Shown here: positions 29,365-36,896 of the stretch, one piece after another
Position numbering within the stretch: the first letter of the stretch is position 1
Layout of the letters: each line of letters opens with the position of its first letter
Assembly (NCBI GenBank): GCA_017507855.1
Contig: JAFWAE010000015.1
Location: forward strand, 1,126 to 65,125
Source: Clostridia bacterium
Lineage (GTDB): Bacteria; Bacillota; Clostridia; Oscillospirales; RGIG5554
DNA: 64,000 nucleotides
Direction of reading: 5' to 3'
Position numbers and translations under genes: made by a program
Notes under the pieces: model-generated
Told to the model about the DNA's origin: nothing
The model's input: only the letters and a program-made list of their open reading frames with translations
The model's database searches: none

Positions 29365-30546
29365 TTAGCTGCGCGGCTCTTCCCACAGCGGGGACATGGC
29401 GCGCAGTCTTTGGGTCGTGCTTTCCAGGGCCCGGAAAATATAGTCCGCGTCTTCTTCCGTGTTTTCTTTATCCAGGGAAATGCGCACCGAGCCGTGGGCC
29501 GTTTCTGCCTTCAGGCCCAGGGCCAACAATACGTGAGAGGGGTCCAACGATCCGGTAGAGCAGGCCGAGCCTGTGGAAACGGCCACGCCCTTCATATCCA
29601 TCAGCAATACAATGGATTCTCCCTCCACACAATCCACCGACACGTTCAGATTTCCTGGCAATCTGCGGGAGCTGTCCGCAGGGCCGTTGAGACGGGTGCG
29701 GGGAATGTTGGTTAAGATCTGTTGGCAAAGGCTGTCCCTCAAAGCGGCAATGCGGGGCATTTCCGTGTCCATCTCTGCACAGGCCTTCTTTAAAGCGGCA
29801 GCCATGGCTACCGCACCTGCCACGTTTTCGGTACCGGCACGCTTGCCGCGCTCCTGTCCGCCGCCGTTGATAAACGAAGGCAAAAGCACGGAACGGCGTA
29901 CGTACAAAGCCCCAATGCCCTTGGGGGCATGAAATTTATGACCGGAAAGGGACAGCAGATCCACCCCAAGCTCCGCAACGTTGATGGGCACGTGACCTAC
30001 AGCCTGCACCGCATCGGTGTGAAACAGAATCCCGTGATCGTGAGCAATGGAGGCCAGCTGCTTGATAGGCTGCAGCGTACCCACTTCGTTGTTGGCAAAC
30101 ATGATCGTGGCCAACACCGTGTCGGGTCGAAGGGCCGCTTCAAAGGCCGCGGGGTCAATAAAGCCCTCCCCGTCCACATCCAGGTAAGTCACCTCCCAGC
30201 CTTCCTTTTCCAGGCGCTGCAAAGTGTGCAAAATAGCGTGGTGCTCAATCTTACTGCTTACGATATGGTGGCCCTTCTTGGCCTTTTGGCGGGCCACACC
30301 CCATAAGGCCCAGTTATCGGCCTCACTGCCGGAGGCGGTAAAATAGATCTCGTTAGGCTGGGCCCCCAGGCAAGTAGCCACTTGGGCACGGGCCTCCTCC
30401 AGCCCCTCGTGAGCCTGACGTCCCAGGCTGTAAAGGGAAGACGGATTTCCAAAACCCTCGCGCAGATAGGGAAGCATAGCCAAAACGGCCTCTTCATCCG
30501 GGCGGGTGGTTGCAGCATTGTCAGCATAAATGTAGCGGGTAGACAT
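29365..30546 (-). CDS. nifS: cysteine desulfurase
   Basis: PLP-Lys SGHKFHAPKGIGALY, active-site loop STGSACSTGS. Confidence 0.9.
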   Translation of the reverse strand: MSTRYIYADNAATTRPDEEAVLAMLPYLREGFGNPSSLYSLGRQAHEGLEEARAQVATCLGAQPNEIYFTASGSEADNWALWGVARQKAKKGHHIVSSKIEHHAILHTLQRLEKEGWEVTYLDVDGEGFIDPAAFEAALRPDTVLATIMFANNEVGTLQPIKQLASIAHDHGILFHTDAVQAVGHVPINVAELGVDLLSLSGHKFHAPKGIGALYVRRSVLLPSFINGGGQERGKRAGTENVAGAVAMAAALKKACAEMDTEMPRIAALRDSLCQQILTNIPRTRLNGPADSSRRLPGNLNVSVDCVEGESIVLLMDMKGVAVSTGSACSTGSLDPSHVLLALGLKAETAHGSVRISLDKENTEEDADYIFRALESTTQRLRAMSPLWEEPRS

Positions 30547-30566
30547 GTGTTGGTAGCTCCTTTATT

Positions 30567-31019
30567 TTATAGATCTGAACGTAATTTTTCAATGGCCGCC
30601 ACGGCCAGACGATCACAGCGCTCATTGTAGGGATGCCCGTTGTGCCCCTTGACCCATACAAAGCGCACCTCGTGCACCTTCAGCAGCTCCAGCAGCTGCT
30701 CCCACAAGTCGCGGTTGAGCACGGCAGAACGGTCGGCTTTTTTCCAGCCGCGTTGCTGCCAAGCGGAAAGCCATTCCTTTTCAATGGCGTTGACCAAATA
30801 GGAAGAGTCGGAATACAGCGTCACCCGACAGGGCTTTTTCAACGCCTGCAGGCCCACGATAGCCGCCAGCAGCTCCATGCGGTTGTTGGTGGTGTCTGCC
30901 TGGGCACCGGAAAGCTCTTTTTCCGTGTTGCCGTACACCAAAACAGCCCCATATCCACCGGGCCCGGGGTTGCCGGAACAAGCCCCATCCGTATACAAAT
31001 TCACACAGGGTTTTTCCAT
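30567..31019 (-). CDS. rnhA: ribonuclease HI
   Basis: [20 protein letters not shown]...NNRMEL...SDS...[17 protein letters not shown]. Confidence 0.9.
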   Translation of the reverse strand: MEKPCVNLYTDGACSGNPGPGGYGAVLVYGNTEKELSGAQADTTNNRMELLAAIVGLQALKKPCRVTLYSDSSYLVNAIEKEWLSAWQQRGWKKADRSAVLNRDLWEQLLELLKVHEVRFVWVKGHNGHPYNERCDRLAVAAIEKLRSDL

Positions 31020-31141
31020 AGGGCTTCTCCTTTCGCGCCGAAATCCTATATTCCTTCTTTATATTCTATCACAAAACCGCTGTTTTGAAAAGACGGAAGA
31101 AGAATTTTTCTGCATTCTTGCAATTTTTTTTTGATTTTCTA

Positions 31142-31170
31142 TTGAAAAACGGAAGGAAAGCTGTTATAAT
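31142..31170 (+). promoter_or_regulatory. promoter of tRNA-Leu
   Basis: TTGAAA - 17 nt - TATAAT, ending 16 nt before the tRNA 5' end. Confidence 0.6.
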
Positions 31171-31185
31171 AGTAACGTTGCAAAC

Positions 31186-31272
31186 GCCGGAATGATGGAA
31201 TTGGCAGACGTGCGGGACTCAAAATCCCGTGGTAGCGATACCGTGCGGGTTCGACCCCCGCTTCCGGCACCA
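31186..31272 (+). tRNA. tRNA-Leu (anticodon CAA), class II, CCA encoded
   Basis: Folded by hand: acceptor GCCGGAA/TTCCGGC, 3-bp D stem, anticodon stem CGGGA/TCCCG with loop CTCAAAA, long variable arm GGTA-GCGA-TACC, T arm GCGGG-TTCGACC-CCCGC, then ACCA. Confidence 0.93.
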
Positions 31273-31279
31273 AACAGTA

Positions 31280-31333
31280 AAAATCCGAACCCAAAGCCGG
31301 CAGGCGAAGAGTTCGGATTTTTTCGTTTTTTTT
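31280..31333. terminator. bidirectional terminator shared by tRNA-Leu and the convergent XRE gene
   Basis: AATCCGAAC (20-nt loop) GTTCGGATT flanked by an A-run upstream and T-runs downstream. Confidence 0.65.
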
Positions 31334-31342
31334 ATTTGATTT

Positions 31343-31591
31343 TCAACCGGGTAACTGTTTGGTATGATCAACGGTATATTGTTCAAAGAAGTCGTCTGTT
31401 GTACATCTCAAAATCCGAGCAAGATGCGGCAGAAGAATGATGTCGGGACAGCCGATGTTTTGCTCCCACTTGCATACCGCTTGCGCAGACACGCCGATCA
31501 GCTTGCCAAAATCTTTTTGTGTGAGATTGTTTTCGCTGCGATAAGCCTTGATTTTATCCGCAATCGTAATGTGATAGGTGGGCATAGTCAT
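31343..31591 (-). CDS. XRE-family helix-turn-helix protein (82 aa)
   Basis: LTQKDFGKLIGVSAQAVCKWEQN HTH. Start ATG overlaps the stop of the upstream ATPase gene (ATGA). Confidence 0.85.
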   Translation of the reverse strand: MTMPTYHITIADKIKAYRSENNLTQKDFGKLIGVSAQAVCKWEQNIGCPDIILLPHLARILRCTTDDFFEQYTVDHTKQLPG

Positions 31592-33657
31592 ATCGTATCA
31601 CCGCCCTTTACCATATTGATTTTTCGCATACGGTTGACGAGTGCCATCAGCTCCTGCTTGCGAGGCAGATCAAGGAATCTTTCGCAAGTCGTAAAGAAAG
31701 ATGAATACAAAAAGTCAATTCCTTCCTCGTCAATTCGAGCATACAGATCATTGATCTTCCTTTCGATATCGATCTTTCTGTCGTTGTTCGACACCTCCAA
31801 ATAACGAAGCATAAAGCCAAGCGTGTCAAGCTGACGGGGGGAAACGATGTCGTGAAGTCCGCGCACATCGATCTTTTCGTCCCCGATCATGACGAATCCC
31901 ATATCCGAAACCTCAAGCTTTTCGGTGCCGCTACCTTCGGGGTAAGAGGAAAAGCGGTCAGAATAAAGCGTTCTGCTTTGTTGCCAATTTTCGGACGATG
32001 GAAATACGCTCGTCACATGATAGGAACTGCAAATATTCTTTGATTTTTCGGTTGCGTCGTGAATCAGATAATCCTCCATCATATAGATCTTATCGGCAAC
32101 AGAAAGATACTCACCGCTACCACCGATAACAAGGATCGTGGAAACACCGTGCGTTTTGTAAAGCTCGTTGACTCGGTCGGTAAATGGCGTAATTGGCTCT
32201 TTTTCAATCAACTCCTTCATCATACGGTCGCGGATCATAAAGTTGGTAGCACTTCTGTCCTCGTCAATGAGCAAGAGCTTGGCATTACAGTCTACAGCCT
32301 CCATAATGTTCGCCGCTTGCGAGGTCGATCCCGAAGCGTGATCGGTGGAGAAATCGCTTGTGTCACCACCCGGCAACCACTTGATAAAGGGCGAAATATT
32401 GACGTGTTTGACACTTCTGCCGTCCTCTGCGGATATAGTTACGGCACTTTCGTCGGTGATGCACAGCTCACGTCCATCACCAAGCGTGTGATCATAGATA
32501 CCTGCGGATATTGCATCAAGCAACGTTGATTTGCCCGAATATCCACCGCCCGTGATGACGGTAACACCTTTTTTGATACCCATGCCCTGCACACCGCAGA
32601 TTTCAATCTCATCATCGGGGGTGGACCGGAACGGAATCGCGTTTTCCATAGGAAGATCTGTCCCTTTGGATCGTGGCAGAATACTTCCGTTTGCCACAAA
32701 AGCGCAGTAGTCGCTGTTCTTCAGCCACGCACGGATGGATGCCTGCTTTTCGGCAAGTTCCAGTGCCCGGTTTAAACGGACAATATCAAATTCCGCAATA
32801 AACCGGTCCACCGCGTCCGGCAGATCGCGGCACAGCATCTGGATGGTCTTGCGGAGTTTTCGCTTTGGTAGTTGTACCTGCATACGAATACAAAGACACA
32901 TTTTCGGAGGAGACATCTGATCATCCGGCAGAAGGTACACAGTTGATCCCGAACCATATTCATAATCCCGCTGGGGACACATGGCAAAGTAGGCGGTATT
33001 TCGGGTCAGAATTTCTCCACCGGGTGTATGAAGATAATACTTGCCGTTTTCATTGTCGGGACGAGAGCGGTTGTACAATTCGGCATTGAGTGCGTCGATA
33101 TATTTTTTGAATTCACGGAGGCAAAAATCCGCCGTGGCAGTCGTATAGTTCTCGACACCGATGTTCTCTGCCGGAATACTCCAGGTCAACGTAGGTTTAT
33201 CCTGAGCAAGTTTATGGGTAGTTTCGATATGAAATGACATATCCTCATACCAATACGTGGGTTCGTTATGATATTCCGGGGCAAGCGAATGACCGTCCCA
33301 GGCGCTGGAAGGGAAGTTTACTTCCGTTCTTCCGTCATACATTTCTTTATAAGTAGCGGTATCATTCTGCATCTGATGTAGGTAATATTTCAGTCGTTTC
33401 AAAGGTATCTCTCCTTCCAAATCGCCGGCGATCATATCATATGGTATAATTATCGTTATAGTTGGTTTATCCTGTGCGAGCTTGTGAGTTCCCGTAATCT
33501 CAAACCCCACATCTCCATTATAGTATGTAGGACTATAATCGACATAAGGCTCCCTTGTTGATGCAGGATCAATGATCGTCATACTGCCCTCATATATCGC
33601 CTTGTATGTGGTCGTGTTAGCCTCCATAGATAATATTTTGTTTTTCAATCTTTTCAC
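31588..33657 (-). CDS. ABC-class ATPase (PF09818/COG3044 type) with duplicated N-terminal module
   Basis: GTG start 6 nt after AAGAGGGG. GVTVITGGGYSGKSTLLDAI (Walker A), ASGSTSQAANIMEA, KLLLIDEDRSATNFMIRD (Walker B), EPITPF, VIGGSGEY. Two roughly 85-90-aa N-terminal repeats. Confidence 0.85.
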   Translation of the reverse strand: MKRLKNKILSMEANTTTYKAIYEGSMTIIDPASTREPYVDYSPTYYNGDVGFEITGTHKLAQDKPTITIIIPYDMIAGDLEGEIPLKRLKYYLHQMQNDTATYKEMYDGRTEVNFPSSAWDGHSLAPEYHNEPTYWYEDMSFHIETTHKLAQDKPTLTWSIPAENIGVENYTTATADFCLREFKKYIDALNAELYNRSRPDNENGKYYLHTPGGEILTRNTAYFAMCPQRDYEYGSGSTVYLLPDDQMSPPKMCLCIRMQVQLPKRKLRKTIQMLCRDLPDAVDRFIAEFDIVRLNRALELAEKQASIRAWLKNSDYCAFVANGSILPRSKGTDLPMENAIPFRSTPDDEIEICGVQGMGIKKGVTVITGGGYSGKSTLLDAISAGIYDHTLGDGRELCITDESAVTISAEDGRSVKHVNISPFIKWLPGGDTSDFSTDHASGSTSQAANIMEAVDCNAKLLLIDEDRSATNFMIRDRMMKELIEKEPITPFTDRVNELYKTHGVSTILVIGGSGEYLSVADKIYMMEDYLIHDATEKSKNICSSYHVTSVFPSSENWQQSRTLYSDRFSSYPEGSGTEKLEVSDMGFVMIGDEKIDVRGLHDIVSPRQLDTLGFMLRYLEVSNNDRKIDIERKINDLYARIDEEGIDFLYSSFFTTCERFLDLPRKQELMALVNRMRKINMVKGGDTI

Positions 33658-33770
33658 GGGAAACCCCTCTTTCGTTATTCAAAAGTATTGCCATCGCGGT
33701 CATGATAAAAAAACTTTTCTTTCGGATTTGCTGAATTTTCTGTTTGACTCGTATTCGAGGGCTTTCCACG

Positions 33771-33797
33771 TAAAACAAAAAGCACCCCTTGGGGTGC
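33771..33797 (-). terminator. intrinsic terminator 2 in the ATPase leader
   Basis: Minus strand: GCACCCC aa GGGGTGC followed by TTTTTGTTTTA. Confidence 0.75.
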
Positions 33798-33835
33798 ATA
33801 AAGCTATACGTTTACCAAAGACAGATATTTTGGCA

Positions 33836-33864
33836 AACAAAAAACACACCCGAGATCGGATGTG
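33836..33864 (-). terminator. intrinsic terminator 1 in the ATPase leader
   Basis: Minus strand: CACATCCG atct CGGGTGTG (one G-U pair) followed by TTTTTTGTTTG. Confidence 0.75.
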
Positions 33865-33891
33865 CATCAAAAAACTATATAAACCTTGCGT

Positions 33892-33945
33892 TCAGCATAC
33901 CGCAGGCGATACATATGACATCCGACAAATATAAGTGTTCATCAT
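33892..33945 (-). CDS. 17-codon micro-ORF (MMNTYICRMSYVSPAVC), leader peptide or small peptide
   Basis: AAGGAGG 8 nt upstream of ATGATG. Lies between a near-consensus promoter and two terminators. Below the ORF-track size cutoff. Confidence 0.3.
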   Translation of the reverse strand: MMNTYICRMSYVSPAVC

Positions 33946-33980
33946 AGCAATCGCCTCCTTTGGCTGAATTTATAATTTGG

Positions 33981-33994
33981 TCCTATTAATAGGA
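33981..33994. promoter_or_regulatory. perfect 14-bp palindrome TCCTATTAATAGGA overlapping the -10/TSS
   Basis: Read directly. Candidate operator. Confidence 0.4.
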
Positions 33995-34019
33995 TAGCAT
34001 ATTTTCGGCTGATTGTCAA
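33991..34019 (-). promoter_or_regulatory. sigma-70-type promoter driving micro-ORF/leader (and probably the ATPase-XRE genes)
   Basis: Minus strand TTGACA - 17 nt - TATCCT. Confidence 0.6.
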
Positions 34020-34023
34020 TCAG
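34009..34023. promoter_or_regulatory. 7-1-7 palindrome CTGATTGTCAATCAG overlapping the -35
   Basis: Read directly. Candidate operator. Confidence 0.4.
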
Positions 34024-34178
34024 ACTCGGGAAAGTTTTCATCAACTGTCGGTTTAAAAATGACAATTGCTAAATTAAGAATTTGATTCGGATTTATCACC
34101 ACTCACTGCACCGACAGAAGAGACTTTTTTCAATCGGAATACCGTACAAATATAGCCTATCCCGCCAACGCCGAATCG

Positions 34179-34207
34179 TTGAAAACAAAGCAGATTTATG
34201 GTATAAT
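34179..34207 (+). promoter_or_regulatory. promoter of the methyltransferase gene
   Basis: TTGAAA - 17 nt - TATAAT. About 100-nt leader to ATG 34314. Confidence 0.55.
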
Positions 34208-34313
34208 CAGTTAAACGAATTTGAGATGGGCTAACCGTATGCGTCGCGCGCCTTTTCTTTGCCTCCCCCGAACACACATCCCATTGCCTGTCTTTACCAA
34301 AGGAGAACTCTTT

Positions 34314-35069
34314 ATGAATATCACCCAGTCATTTTACGATAAGATGGCCCCTCAGTACGACAAGCTGTTTGCCGACTGGCACGCGGCCACACAAGAACAG
34401 GCCGCCATGCTGGACCGTCTGTTTGCCGACCGCGGTTTAAGCAAAAATGCCACCGTCTTGGACTGCGCCTGCGGGATCGGAACACAGTGCCTGGGGCTGG
34501 CGAAACTGGGGTACGCCGTAACCGCCTCCGATCTCAGCCAAGGAGCGTTGGCAGAAGCCCGCAAAAGAGCCGCTGAGAAAAACCTTTCCATCTCCTTTCA
34601 ACAGGCGGATTTTTGCGCCTTATCAGAAACCTTTTCTCAATGCTTCGACATTGTCATGGTCATGGATAACGCCCTTCCCCATATGCTTACCCCCTCGGAT
34701 CTGGAACGCGCGGTGAAAAGCATGCTCGGGCAGGTAAAACAAGGCGGCCTGCTGATAGCCAGCATCCGGGATTACGACGAGCTGCTGACTCACAAGCCTC
34801 CCTGCTCTTCCCCCTATATTCACCAAACTCCCAAGGGGCAAAAGGTATCCTTCCAAACCTGGACATGGCGGGGGGACAATTATCGCCTTGTCCAATATAT
34901 CATCGACGATGAAGACACCCTGAACATCAGCAAATTCGAATGCGAATACCGAGCCACTTGCAGAGAAGAGCTTACAAGCCTGCTTCTCTGCCACGGTTGT
35001 AGTCGGGTCCACTGGCTTTTCCCCTGCGAAACGGGTTTTTACCAGCCCATCGTCATCGGTCAAAAGTAA
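34314..35069 (+). CDS. class I SAM-dependent methyltransferase
   Basis: Trimmed to ATG behind AAAGGAGA. Motif I VLDCACGIGTQ, DLS acidic loop, post-I/II pattern. Confidence 0.8.
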   Translation: MNITQSFYDKMAPQYDKLFADWHAATQEQAAMLDRLFADRGLSKNATVLDCACGIGTQCLGLAKLGYAVTASDLSQGALAEARKRAAEKNLSISFQQADFCALSETFSQCFDIVMVMDNALPHMLTPSDLERAVKSMLGQVKQGGLLIASIRDYDELLTHKPPCSSPYIHQTPKGQKVSFQTWTWRGDNYRLVQYIIDDEDTLNISKFECEYRATCREELTSLLLCHGCSRVHWLFPCETGFYQPIVIGQK

Positions 35070-35085
35070 AAGGCGAGGTCTTTTG

Positions 35086-35622
35086 CTACTGCAAGCCGTA
35101 GCCGCCGTGCAATGGGTCCCAAAACAAAGGAAGGCGGGGCGGCCAAAAGGTCCCGACTGCCAGCAAAAGAAGCACCATCCCCATAACGGTCAAAGCCGCA
35201 GGAGACTCCTTGCGGCTTTTTTTCAAAACCGACACGGCTCCCGCCTGGCCCAGCGCCACCGCCAACAAAAAAACAACCACGTCTCCCCAGGGGCTTTCCC
35301 CTCCCAAAGCCCCTGCGTACAAATAATGCAAAAGCAAAATGCTGCTCAAGCAGATCCCCATGGCGGCGCATTGCCCCCGATACCACCCCACGGTATGACC
35401 CTGTTTCTTTTTTAAAACCGCTCTGCCCAATAGAGCGTAGGCAAAAACGGGCCAAGCGCCCAACTTCAAATGCTCAAATACGCTTTCGTTCACCGGGCAA
35501 AACAGCCCTGCCCACGCAGGCTTCCCCAACAGCCCGTATACAAAGTGAAGGGCAGCTCCCCCCGCAAACAAAGGCCCGATTCCCCACAGGGCCCACTTTT
35601 CGGCAAGCGTTTTCGTTTTCAT
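35086..35622 (-). CDS. membrane protein, function unknown
   Basis: Trimmed to MKTKTLAEKW. About 5 hydrophobic helices. Confidence 0.5.
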   Translation of the reverse strand: MKTKTLAEKWALWGIGPLFAGGAALHFVYGLLGKPAWAGLFCPVNESVFEHLKLGAWPVFAYALLGRAVLKKKQGHTVGWYRGQCAAMGICLSSILLLHYLYAGALGGESPWGDVVVFLLAVALGQAGAVSVLKKSRKESPAALTVMGMVLLLLAVGTFWPPRLPLFWDPLHGGYGLQ

Positions 35623-35715
35623 TCCGTTCACTCCTTTTGAGGAAAACTGTATCACAAGCACAGGGGCGTTTTTTGTCTGAAAAACGAAAAGCGGCCACCG
35701 GTAAGTTTTGGAAAA

Positions 35716-35756
35716 CAAAAAGAGGCTTTCTGTTTAAGAAAGCCTCTTTTTTTGTT
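35716..35756. terminator. bidirectional intrinsic terminator
   Basis: AAAGAGGCTTTCT gttta AGAAAGCCTCTTT flanked by A- and T-runs. Confidence 0.8.
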
Positions 35757-35765
35757 GCAAAGAAC

Positions 35766-35936
35766 TTAGTCCTGCTTGGGAGCCTCCACGGGGCAGGCAG
35801 ATGCGCAAGCGCCGCAATCGATGCACTCGTCGGCGTTGATCACGTATTTGTCCTCGCCCTCGGCGATGGCCCCAACGGGGCACTGGTCGGCGCAAGCACC
35901 GCAAGCGATGCACTCGTCACTGATCACATAAGCCAT
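35766..35936 (-). CDS. fdx: 2x[4Fe-4S] clostridial-type ferredoxin (56 aa)
   Basis: Absent from the ORF track (under 60 aa). Hand translation MAYVISDECIACGACADQCPVGAIAEGEDKYVINADECIDCGACASACPVEAPKQD. GGAGGTG SD. Confidence 0.88.
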   Translation of the reverse strand: MAYVISDECIACGACADQCPVGAIAEGEDKYVINADECIDCGACASACPVEAPKQD

Positions 35937-36014
35937 GTTGAAACACCTCCGTCTTTAATCTTGTCCTATCATATCACATTTTCAGGCCTTCCGCAAGGGG
36001 ATTGCCCGAAAAAA

Positions 36015-36890
36015 CTACGCTTTTTCTGCCAAAGTTTCTTCCGGCTCGGCTACGGTGTGGTTGTTGGCCGGGCGATAGGTGTTCTTGATGATCTTCACTT
36101 CGGACACCTGGCAAAGCAACAGCTCGCCGTTTTGTTCCCCGTCCAGCTTTACTTTAAGTTGGCCCTTCAGCGGACTGCACTCTACCACCTTGCCGCGTCC
36201 TTTGGACGTAGACACGATAGAGTCCACCCCGGGGGTCTCCTTCAACAGCTCCTCGTACATTTCCTGCTCGTACTTCAAGCAGCACATCAAACGCCCACAG
36301 GATCCGGAGATCTTCGTGGGATTCAGGGACAGGTTTTGCTCCTTGGCCATTTTGATGGACACGGGAATAAAACCGCCTAAAAAAGCCGTACAGCAGAAGG
36401 GGCGGCCGCAAATGCCCAACCCTCCAAGCATTTTTGCCTCGTCGCGCACACCGATCTGTCTCAGTTCGATACGCGTGCGGAAAGTAGAAGCCAGATCCTT
36501 GACCAATTCGCGGAAATCCACGCGGTTGTCTGCAGTAAAATAAAACAGGATCTTGCTTCCGTCAAAGGCACATTCCACGTCCACCAGCTTCATTTCCAGC
36601 TTGTGGGCGGCAATTTTTTTCTCACAAATTTGCAGGGCGTCCTTCTCCCGTTTCTCATTGTCCTGCACACGCTTAAGATCCTCGGGGGTCGCCAAACGAA
36701 CCACGGGTTTAAGAGGTTGCACCACACGGCGGTCGTCCATCATCTTGTTGGGCGTTACCACCTGTCCGCATTCCAAACCACGGCTGGTTTCCACGATCAC
36801 GTGGGTATCCCGGGCAAATTGCTGCTCGCCCGGAGCAAAATAATAGGTTTTTCCGGATTTTTTAAAACGGACACCGATGATCTCCGTCAC
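36015..36890 (-). CDS. ricT: PSP1-domain protein (YaaT/RicT type)
   Basis: IGVRFKKSGKTYYF...LGGLGICGRPFCCTAFL...SGSCGRLMCCLKYE. Follows holB as in Bacillus. Confidence 0.85.
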   Translation of the reverse strand: MTEIIGVRFKKSGKTYYFAPGEQQFARDTHVIVETSRGLECGQVVTPNKMMDDRRVVQPLKPVVRLATPEDLKRVQDNEKREKDALQICEKKIAAHKLEMKLVDVECAFDGSKILFYFTADNRVDFRELVKDLASTFRTRIELRQIGVRDEAKMLGGLGICGRPFCCTAFLGGFIPVSIKMAKEQNLSLNPTKISGSCGRLMCCLKYEQEMYEELLKETPGVDSIVSTSKGRGKVVECSPLKGQLKVKLDGEQNGELLLCQVSEVKIIKNTYRPANNHTVAEPEETLAEKA

Positions 36891-36896
36891 CCGGGG

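Noticed and set aside
33572-34277. 120-aa (+) and 67-aa (-) ORFs in the islet leader region
   Set aside because: The first overlaps the ATPase start in antisense. The second spans the methyltransferase promoter. Neither has an SD. The region is better explained by the promoter, micro-ORF and terminator layout.
34000-34320. attR-type direct repeat of the tRNA-Leu 3' end bounding the AT-rich islet
   Set aside because: I could not find a copy of ...CCGCTTCCGGCACCA or a substantial part of it at the right border by eye. There is also no integrase, so I do not call this a mobile element.
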